Shown piece by piece: positions 9,344 through 18,841 of a stretch of DNA of 64,000 nt. Every line of letters begins with the position of its first letter. Position 1 is the stretch's first letter. Position numbers and translations under genes: made by a program. The stretch covers positions 569,622-633,621 of the forward strand of contig CP070695.1 of NCBI GenBank assembly GCA_020353515.1. Direction: 5' to 3'. The notes under the pieces were generated by a model that was not told the DNA's origin, searched no databases, and was given only the letters and a program-made list of their open reading frames with translations. Source of the DNA: Candidatus Heimdallarchaeota archaeon. GTDB lineage: Archaea > Asgardarchaeota > Heimdallarchaeia > Hodarchaeales > Hodarchaeaceae.

Positions 9344-10090
9344 ATGAGAACCTCACAATCTGAAATATTGTCAACAAAAAAGGAAAAAATGAGAAAACTA
9401 CCAAAACAGATTTCTGGGTCTGAACTTAAAAAGATAATTTTCGCTCATTGGCAAAAAATACCAGTCATAAAAGAAATACCAGGGCCAATGCCAGAAGAAT
9501 TAGTTCTTCAACTAGTTAGATCAGCAATTCTTGATATATTACGTAATGGGATTGAAGAGTACGACGAAAGAAATGATCTTACTAGAATCAGACATGTTTT
9601 TTCAGTTAAAGAATTGCATAAATTAATTAAAGAGAGAATTTCTAAAAAGATTAAACTTTCTAACGTGTATTTTCATCTAAATCAATTGAAAGATCATGAT
9701 TTTGTCCAAATTATTACTAGTATCAAAGAAGGACGACAAATTACCCATTATTATGGAAGAACGGCAAAGCTATTTCTGTGGATGGGAAAAGAACAAAAGA
9801 GAGAGACTGAGTTTAGCCATTTTATGGCCTTGATACAGTATTTTAATCCTGATATTACCTCTGAAACTGTTAAAGAACTTTTTATGTCCCTTTTACAAAC
9901 TAAACTTGAAAATCATAACCGAGCGAAAATATGGTTGGAAAAGAACGTAGATGTATTGACAGAACTTAATGTGGATACACGAGATTTTTATAACTTTCTT
10001 AAATCAATAGATAGCTGCAATCCTAGATCAATAGAGGTATATAACAAAATCAATGAATTGCTAAACTTTCCTGCTGACTCCAATGTTTGA
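9344..10090 (+). CDS. ArsR-like winged-helix transcriptional regulator
   Basis: RSAILDIL...SVKEL...SNVYFHLNQLKDHDFV...HYYGRTAKLF; divergent from the MFS gene. Confidence 0.8.
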   Translation: MRTSQSEILSTKKEKMRKLPKQISGSELKKIIFAHWQKIPVIKEIPGPMPEELVLQLVRSAILDILRNGIEEYDERNDLTRIRHVFSVKELHKLIKERISKKIKLSNVYFHLNQLKDHDFVQIITSIKEGRQITHYYGRTAKLFLWMGKEQKRETEFSHFMALIQYFNPDITSETVKELFMSLLQTKLENHNRAKIWLEKNVDVLTELNVDTRDFYNFLKSIDSCNPRSIEVYNKINELLNFPADSNV

Positions 10091-10246
10091 AAATAATTCC
10101 TATAAAAAAGATATTGAAAAGAAAACCTCATAGGAATACTTTTACCATATTCAAGTGGTCATCACAATTTTTAGAGTTGAATATGTCATAGTAATTATAA
10201 ACAGTAGCCTTTTTTATTTTCGTGATTTTTATTCGTTTCAGCCGAT

Positions 10247-12061
10247 GTGGTACTTATGCTGACTATACCAAATGAAGAAGTTCTCAGGAGCTTGGTTCAG
10301 AAAATAGAAGATGAATATGACCTTATACGCCTATTAAATCGTTATAAAAGTCAATCAGAGCTGATTAAGCTTGCTTCTAACCAGGGATTAACACAAATTG
10401 ATGATGCTATTCGGGCATTATTTGTTGCTGATTTCATTGTCACAGCTTCTGAATTACCTTCAGGTGGAACAGATGAGGAACGATACCAATCAATTATTCA
10501 GTCATTCATCCAAGGTCAATCTCGCTGCACATCATCCGATTTGTTAATGAGGATTTATTATTTAGCATACAAATCAGCTACAGCGATTCGACGTCAGGAT
10601 TTATTTCAAGCAGGTCGTGGATTACCTCGTAAAGCTGCTTTGACTCGTATTAAAGATAGCTATGTTACCCCTTACTTAACTATTTCAACAGAAGTTTTAG
10701 GAAAAGGATTTTGCGGATGGGAACTAGGAGTATTAGCAGCTGCATTGAAAAGGATGTATCCAAACAGTGAAATTAAGCAACTTGAGGGTACTCCTGAGTA
10801 TACTGATCATAAAACACTAACAGATGTTATTTGGCGTCTATTAATAGCTTATAGCCAAGTCCAAGCTGTTGATACAAATCCTAATCCCGTTATACCAAAT
10901 ATAAAAGAAAGTCAGTCCCTTTTATTGTTTGATGCCCAGAGAATTGGGTTAACTTCCTTATGGAACACCACTCCTTCAAATTTCCTGAAGTTAAAAGTCG
11001 ATTTACCCTCTCTGGCTAAATTTACTAGCCAACTTATCGATAATAAACATTTAGTACTAGTTAAGGGAAAGATATTAGAAACAACAGAGGGCTTCTTTAT
11101 GATTCGTTCCCCCTTTACAGCTTCTAAACCTGTACTAATTCTTAAGACTACAGCGGATGAAATTAATTTCACAAGAGTCCTAACCATTCTCCATTTGCGA
11201 GGCCTTGAACATCATGGGTGGACAAAGGTTCTAAGGACTGATGAACCAATAGTAGAAATAAAAAAGATTGAATCTCCGCCTGAAACACCAGTTCTAGATG
11301 AAGATAAAGATGAAAAGATAACAGAACCTCCTCGGAAAAAAGAAGGATTCTTTACTAAAATCAAACACAAATTTTTTAGTAAAAAAGCAGAACCAGAGCC
11401 AGAAATAGAAAAGAAACCAGTTCCCAAGCAATTAAAACCTAAATTATCTATAAAAGTAAAAGAAGAGAAAAAACAGGAACAACTACCTCCTTTCATGACT
11501 CAGAGCTCGTTTATTGCTCAAGGAATCACAGTTGATGCTGTAAGTGACTTAGATCTTTTTGAAATCTTTGATACTATGAGAGAGGAGAGCTATTATATCG
11601 TAGGGACATTTGAAACTGATTTTAATAAAACAAAAACAGATTTTGTGACAAAGCCAAATTCTATTCCTCCAAGTACAATTGTAACGTTTTTAAATGCCCT
11701 AGAACAGGAAATATCGAAAGTTAACGCTAATTGCTTTAATAATAACCAAGTTTTAGTAGAGGAACTATTTTTCATGGCAAACGATGGACAGAAGATGATT
11801 ATATGCTTAGATGGAAATCAGGAACGGGTTGTTGGCACGATAGCAACCACATTTTTTGAAAAAATAGTCGATTGGCAAGCAAGAGAAACAGAAGCTGAAC
11901 CTCTACAACGTAGATCTTTACACATGCGAACGGCCCAATTATTAGCAGCTAGACGCCATACACCCTTTCGAGAAGCTGTAGGACGAATTTATGGAGCAAA
12001 TCTCATCATAGAAAAAGCTAACTTTAGTACCCTTGATCAACCAATTTTTTCTTTGAGATAA
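10247..12061 (+). CDS. Large hypothetical protein (two globular regions joined by a Lys/Glu/Pro linker)
   Basis: 604-aa ORF with no recognised family. Confidence 0.8.
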   Translation: MVLMLTIPNEEVLRSLVQKIEDEYDLIRLLNRYKSQSELIKLASNQGLTQIDDAIRALFVADFIVTASELPSGGTDEERYQSIIQSFIQGQSRCTSSDLLMRIYYLAYKSATAIRRQDLFQAGRGLPRKAALTRIKDSYVTPYLTISTEVLGKGFCGWELGVLAAALKRMYPNSEIKQLEGTPEYTDHKTLTDVIWRLLIAYSQVQAVDTNPNPVIPNIKESQSLLLFDAQRIGLTSLWNTTPSNFLKLKVDLPSLAKFTSQLIDNKHLVLVKGKILETTEGFFMIRSPFTASKPVLILKTTADEINFTRVLTILHLRGLEHHGWTKVLRTDEPIVEIKKIESPPETPVLDEDKDEKITEPPRKKEGFFTKIKHKFFSKKAEPEPEIEKKPVPKQLKPKLSIKVKEEKKQEQLPPFMTQSSFIAQGITVDAVSDLDLFEIFDTMREESYYIVGTFETDFNKTKTDFVTKPNSIPPSTIVTFLNALEQEISKVNANCFNNNQVLVEELFFMANDGQKMIICLDGNQERVVGTIATTFFEKIVDWQARETEAEPLQRRSLHMRTAQLLAARRHTPFREAVGRIYGANLIIEKANFSTLDQPIFSLR

Positions 12062-12088
12062 TTTATCTCTTGGTAGAATTCATAGTGA

Positions 12089-13573
12089 TTAGGATGAGTC
12101 ATCCGAAATTCCAGCAAGATACTTCGCGATTTTCTTCCGTTCATCAATATCATATTGTTTAAGGATAGCAATATCCTCCATTGCTGGACTTCCACCACCA
12201 TGGACTCCAGCGACAGCTACCACTCCTCCAAGTGAGGAACAGAGAGCATCAGATATTGTCCTGAACAGCTTATATACGTTCTCTGCTGGAACATCAGCTT
12301 TTCTCTTAATATATTTTTGTAGGAAAGGCCCAATCTTCTCGTCAAAAAAGTCCTTCTCATAAGGAAGAGTAGCAGGTAAACCTCCTGCTAAATCAGCTAA
12401 AAGTTCAGCCTCATGATAAAAATTTAATCCAGCGTGTTTTCGACCGACATTACAAAACACTGGATCGGGAATCATTGTCCCAGATTCATCTTTTGTAGCC
12501 TTATGGGCTGCTGCTATGCCTGCTGCATTGACTAGTTCAGCATTACTGATCATACTAGCTAGTTTAGATTGTACATGCTTTTTGTCTTCAACTCCGTTAT
12601 ACTCACTTACTAGAGCTGCAAAACCCATTTTGATATCCGTGGAGGCAGCTTTGCATCCAGTATAACTATGACGGTGATAGAGTGCAAACAAAAGAGCTAA
12701 CCACCCACCAAACTGGTGTTCTCCTTCATACCCCCCTAAGAAGACTCTTTCATTAGGGATAAAGGTATCATCAAAAATGATGAAATTTTCAACATCTCCG
12801 TGTTCTGCATAAGGACAGGGGGTGTAATCACGTTTCCTCACGTTTTCAACTCTAGTTACTAAATACACTTTGTCCCAATCGGCTGGTATTGCGAAAGCTA
12901 CTGCATACTCATCTTCTTCTGGAGTTAAAAACCGAGTAGGAGTGACAATAATCTCTTCAGCAACAGCTGCAACTGTAATATGGTTCTTTGCACCACGTAC
13001 CACAATTCCATCATCACGATGTTCAATAACACGGAGATAGAGATCAGGATCAGCTTGTTGATGGGGTCGTAAAGAACGATCGCCTTTTACGTCAGTCTGA
13101 GCACAACATCCTACAACATTGTTTTTCTGGAAGTTTTTTAGATATTTTTGCCATCTTTCATTATAAGGCCGTCCTGTCATCGCCTCAGCCCGATGTGTCA
13201 CAATTGATAAGCCATTCATCGCATCTATACCCATACAACGTAGTATACATCCCCCTGCGTAACGACAAATTCGCCGTGTTAGCTCCTGCTTTTTCAGAAG
13301 ATCATCAACGGTTTGATGAATGTGTGTAAATCTATTTATTCGTCCGATTCCATCAATGTGAGATTCTACACTTAATAAATCCTTAAATTCGGGATCATCA
13401 ATTTTATCAAACGTAAGTGAAATGATATTAATAGCTCCATCAAGCCTTTCATCATCCCTTCCAATTTTTTCCCCATTAATGTAGATATTTGGTTTCATTT
13501 GCTTCAAGGTTTCACGATAATCCTGGGAGGTTCTTTTATGAGTTTTCTCATTTAATTCTTGTGGAGTTTCCAT
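12089..13573 (-). CDS. abfD: 4-hydroxybutyryl-CoA dehydratase (HpaB/AbfD family, [4Fe-4S]/FAD)
   Basis: INRFTHIHQ; cluster ligands CILRCMGIDA (CxxRC) and HRHSYTGCK; QTDVKGDRS; HGGGSP. Start placed at METPQ (13573) to avoid overlap with the divergent gene. Confidence 0.88.
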   Translation of the reverse strand: METPQELNEKTHKRTSQDYRETLKQMKPNIYINGEKIGRDDERLDGAINIISLTFDKIDDPEFKDLLSVESHIDGIGRINRFTHIHQTVDDLLKKQELTRRICRYAGGCILRCMGIDAMNGLSIVTHRAEAMTGRPYNERWQKYLKNFQKNNVVGCCAQTDVKGDRSLRPHQQADPDLYLRVIEHRDDGIVVRGAKNHITVAAVAEEIIVTPTRFLTPEEDEYAVAFAIPADWDKVYLVTRVENVRKRDYTPCPYAEHGDVENFIIFDDTFIPNERVFLGGYEGEHQFGGWLALLFALYHRHSYTGCKAASTDIKMGFAALVSEYNGVEDKKHVQSKLASMISNAELVNAAGIAAAHKATKDESGTMIPDPVFCNVGRKHAGLNFYHEAELLADLAGGLPATLPYEKDFFDEKIGPFLQKYIKRKADVPAENVYKLFRTISDALCSSLGGVVAVAGVHGGGSPAMEDIAILKQYDIDERKKIAKYLAGISDDSS

Positions 13574-13670
13574 CTTTACCAACTCTTCAATAATTCTATT
13601 TTGAATATTAGATAATTTCTTATAGCTACTTAAGTGGTGTTGCAATATTTGGTTTTTACTGGTGTTTAAG

Positions 13671-14480
13671 ATGAACGATATAAACAATAATTCAAATAGT
13701 CAAGAATCTCAAGATACTGTTTTATTCAGCAAAACAGAACATATTGCAACAATAACTATTAATCGCCCTAAAAAAATGAACGCGTTACGTATGAAGGAAT
13801 TTGATCTCTTGATTAAATATATAGAGATCGCTGATGATGATCCTGAAGTACATGTAATTCGAATTAATTCTTCTGGGGATCGAGCGTTCACAGGAGGATT
13901 GGATTTAAACATGTTAACACAACTCAATCCAGAAGAAGTGCCTAAATTACTTCAATTTGGAAATAAAACCGTTTTGACAATGTTGCGTTCAAAAAAACCA
14001 ATTGTTGTTCAAGTTCAAGGCCCAGCAGTGGCTTGGGGGACAATTTTATGCCTGGCTGCGGATTTTGTGATAGCTGGAGAGAATCCTAAAACTTTTTTCT
14101 CTCTCAATGAAATAGATCTTGGGATCGTTCCCGCAACTGGTGCGTTAACCCTAGCTTTGTTTAATTTTGGTTTAAGACAAGCTAAAAAAATTACCATGAT
14201 CCCCGAGAGGATTTCAATCGATAAAGCTGAACAATTTGGGCTTGTTTCACAGCGTTGTGCCATCGATGATCTTGTACAAGTCACACTCGATTTCTGTCAC
14301 AATCTGGTCGATAAAAATCAAGCAGTTCTCATACCAATTAAAGCTCTATTAAACAGATTTCTGTTATCAAATATAGCATACTATTTTGAGAAGGAAGCTG
14401 AAGCAGTTGGCCTTGCGCTTGAGGGAGATTTAATGAAATTTGAAGAATTCATAGAGAAACTCTGGACTACAAACCTGTGA
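13671..14480 (+). CDS. Enoyl-CoA hydratase/isomerase (crotonase superfamily)
   Basis: ATITINRPKKMNAL, AFTGGLDL, KPIVVQVQGPAVAWG and EIDLGIVP motifs. Confidence 0.92.
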   Translation: MNDINNNSNSQESQDTVLFSKTEHIATITINRPKKMNALRMKEFDLLIKYIEIADDDPEVHVIRINSSGDRAFTGGLDLNMLTQLNPEEVPKLLQFGNKTVLTMLRSKKPIVVQVQGPAVAWGTILCLAADFVIAGENPKTFFSLNEIDLGIVPATGALTLALFNFGLRQAKKITMIPERISIDKAEQFGLVSQRCAIDDLVQVTLDFCHNLVDKNQAVLIPIKALLNRFLLSNIAYYFEKEAEAVGLALEGDLMKFEEFIEKLWTTNL

Positions 14481-14481
14481 C

Positions 14482-15108
14482 CTATAAGGGAACAGATTCA
14501 CCATCTTTAGGAACAATACATCGACTATCAGGAAATTTCGATTGTAAGCGCTTACAAAACCCTCGAGGATTTCTCCAAACCCAATGCATCGTAATTATAG
14601 TAGGTAACGGTTGTTTAAAAGTTTCTAGTTCGTTTAAAGCTTTTTTAGGGGAAGCTGCAAATAATCCACTTATGGGAATAGCAAGATAGTCTATTTCTTC
14701 TTGAGAAAAGCCCAAAAAGTCTACTGAATCCCCTACATGACCGAAACTCTGATTTGAGGTATGAACAATTACTCCAGTATTTTGAACTCCAGAGAATAAC
14801 CCGTGACGTCCTTCTATAAATTTCAGATTCCATGTTCTTCGTTGAATTTTATCACCAGGATTCACAAGAATTATCCGTTCCTCCCATTTCTTATTATAAC
14901 CAGCCACTTGTTTGTTACAAATAAGAATGGCCTCTGGATTACGTTTTAAGAATGGTTCCACTCCTCTTGTATGATCAAAATGGTTATGAGTCACAAATAC
15001 AATATCCCCAGGAACATCCCCATGTTTTTTCTTACCAGGGTCAATGAGTAGAGTTGAAGAATTGTCTTGTAACATGAAACCCGCTTGACCTAGAAAAGTT
15101 ATTTTCAT
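14482..15108 (-). CDS. MBL-fold metallo-hydrolase (UPF0173/UlaG-like)
   Basis: ITFLGQAGF, IDP, THNHFDH, HVGD and MHW motifs. Confidence 0.9.
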   Translation of the reverse strand: MKITFLGQAGFMLQDNSSTLLIDPGKKKHGDVPGDIVFVTHNHFDHTRGVEPFLKRNPEAILICNKQVAGYNKKWEERIILVNPGDKIQRRTWNLKFIEGRHGLFSGVQNTGVIVHTSNQSFGHVGDSVDFLGFSQEEIDYLAIPISGLFAASPKKALNELETFKQPLPTIITMHWVWRNPRGFCKRLQSKFPDSRCIVPKDGESVPL

Positions 15109-15119
15109 TTTTTTTTCCT

Positions 15120-15860
15120 CTATTTTTGGTATATCGTGTTAAAAAACTCAGGTATCGTTTCTTCTACAGGACCAAGAATCGTTTCAGTAGCAATGTTGGA
15201 AATAGGAGTATAATCAAGATTGAATTCATAAATAGTTACTTGCGAATTTTGTCTTTTTGCTAAAAATGGAAATTCGGCCGCTGGATAGACCACTCCTGAC
15301 GTTCCAGCAACGATTAGCATGTCTGTTATAGATAATTGATCAATACAGTTTTGAATAATATTACTATCCAAACTTTCTCCAAACCATACAACATCTGGTC
15401 TGCAAATTGATTCACAAGCACTACATTTGGGGATGTCGTCAACAGTCTCGAGGAGTTCAACTGTCCAAATAAACTTTGTTCTGCAGCTGAAGCATCGTGC
15501 TAGACGTATCTCCCCATGTAAATGCGTGACATTTTGTGATCCTGCTCTTTCATGAAGATCATCGACATTTTGTGTCAATATTGCAATGTCGAATCCCTTC
15601 AATTCAACCTCTGCTAACTTTACATGGGCAAGATTTGGATCTGCATTTAAAATGATATTTAACCGCCATCGGTACCACTCCCAGACGAGTTTTGGATCTT
15701 TAGCAAAAGCATGGGGAGTAGCGAGTTCAGAAGGATCATAATTTTTCCAGAGTCCGTCTTTTCCACGAAAAATTGGAATACCAGAAGCTTGAGAGAATCC
15801 TGCTCCTGAAATCACGGTAATTCTCGAATTTTTATCAATCATGTAACAGTAATTCTCCAA
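15120..15860 (-). CDS. cobB: NAD-dependent protein deacylase (class III sirtuin)
   Basis: GAGFSQASGIP.FRG, WEWYRWR, TQNVDDLHERAG, HG, CxxC..CxxC, RPDVVWFGE and GTSGVVYPAA motifs. Confidence 0.95.
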   Translation of the reverse strand: MENYCYMIDKNSRITVISGAGFSQASGIPIFRGKDGLWKNYDPSELATPHAFAKDPKLVWEWYRWRLNIILNADPNLAHVKLAEVELKGFDIAILTQNVDDLHERAGSQNVTHLHGEIRLARCFSCRTKFIWTVELLETVDDIPKCSACESICRPDVVWFGESLDSNIIQNCIDQLSITDMLIVAGTSGVVYPAAEFPFLAKRQNSQVTIYEFNLDYTPISNIATETILGPVEETIPEFFNTIYQK

Positions 15861-15880
15861 GGAGTATTACAAAAGCTGGA

Positions 15881-16582
15881 TTAAGCTGGGGTGCCCAACA
15901 AAACGATGGTGTATAATGCATCAGCAGCAGAGGAAACTGCATCTGATGCATTTTCAAGGTTTTTCGCGGTATCAAGAAGAAGAAAGTGGATAGAATACCC
16001 AAAATCGTTTGAAAGCCCTAAAATTTCCTCTCTTGCACGAAAATGAACCTCATCAGCTTCGCGTTCACGATCTTCAATGATTTGGCGATTATCGAGAATG
16101 GTTCGATCATCTCGTCCAAGAGCTGAACACATCTTTCGGAAAACACGAACTGATTCTATAGTTAGTTTATTTATTGCCTTAAAATAGTTTAATATTGGAT
16201 CCTCAAATTGTGACATATCTACATCTAGTTTAGCAAGCATAACCATATTTTTACTTGCTGTTTTTGTCCAATTTGCCGTCCTATCAGATAATCGAACGAG
16301 ATGATGCATTTTTTCCCGAATTTCAGGTGGAAGAACTCCCCTGGCGATTTCGTTTGCGAGATCATCCTGGATATGATCTGCAGATCGTTCGAGCATACTT
16401 ACACGATTATATAGCTTTTCTACTCGAGCTAGCTCGGGTGAGGACATGTGTTTGATTAATTCCTCACAAGACGTCAAAGTATCTAAAATTTTCTCGTTAT
16501 GTTCATCTAAACTTTCTAAAATTATCTGATTACGGCGTTGCCGGAACCAATGGAGTAAACTACTTTCTTCATTTTCATTCAA
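15881..16582 (-). CDS. DUF47/TIGR00153 PhoU-like phosphate transport regulator
   Basis: Duplicated LERSADHI / EREADEV motifs and LENASD; overlaps the ABC ATPase stop. Confidence 0.8.
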   Translation of the reverse strand: MNENEESSLLHWFRQRRNQIILESLDEHNEKILDTLTSCEELIKHMSSPELARVEKLYNRVSMLERSADHIQDDLANEIARGVLPPEIREKMHHLVRLSDRTANWTKTASKNMVMLAKLDVDMSQFEDPILNYFKAINKLTIESVRVFRKMCSALGRDDRTILDNRQIIEDREREADEVHFRAREEILGLSNDFGYSIHFLLLDTAKNLENASDAVSSAADALYTIVLLGTPA

Positions 16583-17669
16583 GTGCTAACACCTTCTTTA
16601 AACCAAATTCTGGAGCAGTGAATAAACGTGCGTCTTGGGGGTCAATTTGAATGTAAGTTTTTTCTTTTTCTTTCAATTGAGTCTGGGAGTCGATAATTAT
16701 CGTATCATCAGTTGCTAGTTCCACTTCATATCGAATATAACCTCCACTGAATCTTTTTCGTGAAATAGTTCCGCTAAGAGTATTATCTTGTTCCTGAGAG
16801 CAAAAATCCATGGTTTCAGGACGGAATGCTAAAACAATACTCTCACCTCGATGGAAATTTCCTTCTAAACCTTGGAGGTCAATGTATTGATGATTTCTAA
16901 ACTCAATTCTATAAGATGTTTCAGTTAATTTCTTTTTGATCATTCCCTCTATAAAATTGCTTTCCCCCACAAAATTCATTGAAAACAAAGTTTGTGGACG
17001 CTCATAAAGCTGTTGAGGAGTTCCAACCTCCACAATCTGTCCAGCTCGAAGAATGACCAACCGATCAGATATTGACATGGCTTCTTCCTGATCATGGGTT
17101 ATATGGATAGCAGTTAATCCTAAATCTTTTACAAGCTTACGAAGTTCGTACCTAAGGGATACTCTGACTTTATAATCCAATGCAGAGATTGGTTCATCTA
17201 AAATAAGTAGCTTTTCTTGATTGGCTAGAGCTCGTGCAACTGCAGTCTTCTGTATGGCTCCTCCACTTAATGAACGGGGACGTAACTGCTTTTGTTCAAG
17301 TAAATCTACTAATCGAAGCATTTCCTCACTTATTTTTTCTTGAGTCTGTTTAGGTACATTCCTTACAAAGGGTCCGTAAGCAGCATTCTGTTCAACTGTC
17401 ATGTGAGGAAAGATTGCGATACTTTGAAAAACCATAGCAAAGTCTCTTCGTTCAATGGGAATATGTGCCACATTTTTTCCGTCAATCAAGATTGTTCCAT
17501 GTGTTGGTTCAACGATTCCAGTGATACAGTTTATTAGCGTGGTCTTCCCGCATCCTGATGGGCCTAAGATACTAATGTATTCGCCTTCTTTGATTTCTAA
17601 ATCGATTTTTTCAAGTGCTTTAATACGTCCAAAATATTTTGAAATCCCTTTTAATTGTACATTTGGCAT
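16575..17669 (-). CDS. ABC importer ATP-binding subunit (PotA/CysA-like with TOBE tail)
   Basis: GPSGCGKT, LSGG, LDEP and THDQEEA motifs. Confidence 0.95.
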   Translation of the reverse strand: MPNVQLKGISKYFGRIKALEKIDLEIKEGEYISILGPSGCGKTTLINCITGIVEPTHGTILIDGKNVAHIPIERRDFAMVFQSIAIFPHMTVEQNAAYGPFVRNVPKQTQEKISEEMLRLVDLLEQKQLRPRSLSGGAIQKTAVARALANQEKLLILDEPISALDYKVRVSLRYELRKLVKDLGLTAIHITHDQEEAMSISDRLVILRAGQIVEVGTPQQLYERPQTLFSMNFVGESNFIEGMIKKKLTETSYRIEFRNHQYIDLQGLEGNFHRGESIVLAFRPETMDFCSQEQDNTLSGTISRKRFSGGYIRYEVELATDDTIIIDSQTQLKEKEKTYIQIDPQDARLFTAPEFGLKKVLALE

Positions 17670-18830
17670 CTAAGTCATCTCCAGTTTTTTAACTTCTTCC
17701 CAAGGTTCAATAAAATAGGATATATTATCAATAGGGATTTCTAATCTAACATTAGTCCCAACATCGTATTGATGTAGATCTGATGAAGGAATAATCACAT
17801 GAAGTTCTTTCTTTGAGAGACCTTCAACCTTAATCGCTAGATTTGCCCATTTTCCTAAGAAAAAAGCCTGTTCAACTGTTCCTTCAAAGACATTTACTTT
17901 GGGATCGGGATTTATGTTTGCCCTTAGGGGGGTCACAAGGATTTTTTCTGCTTTAATTGCAAGTACAAGTTCTTCAGTTAAATACTTCTCTTCTTTATCA
18001 ATGCTACGAATAATATCTTTTGGTTTAATAGTTATATTATGCTCTCCTGCCCGAACAACTTTCCCATTAGTTTCATTTCTTACTTTTGTGGCTGGTATTA
18101 AATTTGTTGTCCCAAAAAAGTACGCAGCGAATAATGTTGAAGGATAATTATAGATTTCTTCAGGAATATCAAATTGTACAATTTTTCCCTCATTTATGAT
18201 TAATACTCTATCAGCAACAGCTATAGCTTCTTCTTGATCGTGAGTTACATGAAAGGTTGTTTTTTCAAGATCTGTAACTAATTTTCGTATCTCTGTTCGC
18301 AATCGAATACGTAATCTTGCATCTAAAGCGCGTAATGGTTCATCTAGTAAAAAAACGTCTGCATCTGCTGCGATTGCACGTGCTAAAGCTACACGTTGCA
18401 TCATCCCCCCACTTAGTTCATCAGGGTATGCATTGTACCTAGTCCTTAAATTCACTAAATCGAGTATTTCATCTCCCAACGCTATTACTTCTTCCCATGG
18501 TTTATCTCCTTTCATCTTTGGAGAAAAGACCGTGTTCTCCCACACATCCATATATGGAAAAAGCGAATAATCTGATGTTTGAGGTAAATATGCAAAATTA
18601 CGTTTTTCAGGTGGAATATTATTTAATAGTTCACCATTCTTGTAAATATTCCCTGAAGTTGGTTTAACTAAACCTGCGATCAATTTTAGTAATGTGGTTT
18701 TTCCTGCCCCCGTTGGTCCTAAAATCACCACATATTCGCCGCGTTCTATTTCTAAATTAAAATCTTGTATGGCGTAAAGCTTTCCGAAGCGTTTTTTCAA
18801 GTTTTGAATTTCAATATATGCTCTTACCAT
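17670..18830 (-). CDS. ABC importer ATP-binding subunit (PotA/CysA-like with TOBE tail)
   Basis: GPTGAGKT, LSGGM, LLDEP and THDQEEA motifs. Confidence 0.95.
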   Translation of the reverse strand: MVRAYIEIQNLKKRFGKLYAIQDFNLEIERGEYVVILGPTGAGKTTLLKLIAGLVKPTSGNIYKNGELLNNIPPEKRNFAYLPQTSDYSLFPYMDVWENTVFSPKMKGDKPWEEVIALGDEILDLVNLRTRYNAYPDELSGGMMQRVALARAIAADADVFLLDEPLRALDARLRIRLRTEIRKLVTDLEKTTFHVTHDQEEAIAVADRVLIINEGKIVQFDIPEEIYNYPSTLFAAYFFGTTNLIPATKVRNETNGKVVRAGEHNITIKPKDIIRSIDKEEKYLTEELVLAIKAEKILVTPLRANINPDPKVNVFEGTVEQAFFLGKWANLAIKVEGLSKKELHVIIPSSDLHQYDVGTNVRLEIPIDNISYFIEPWEEVKKLEMT

Positions 18831-18841
18831 ACAATTTTCTC

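Noticed and set aside
13574-13687. N-terminal extension of AbfD in the ORF track
   Set aside because: It overlaps the divergent crotonase start and covers the AT-rich promoter region; METPQ is the more plausible start.
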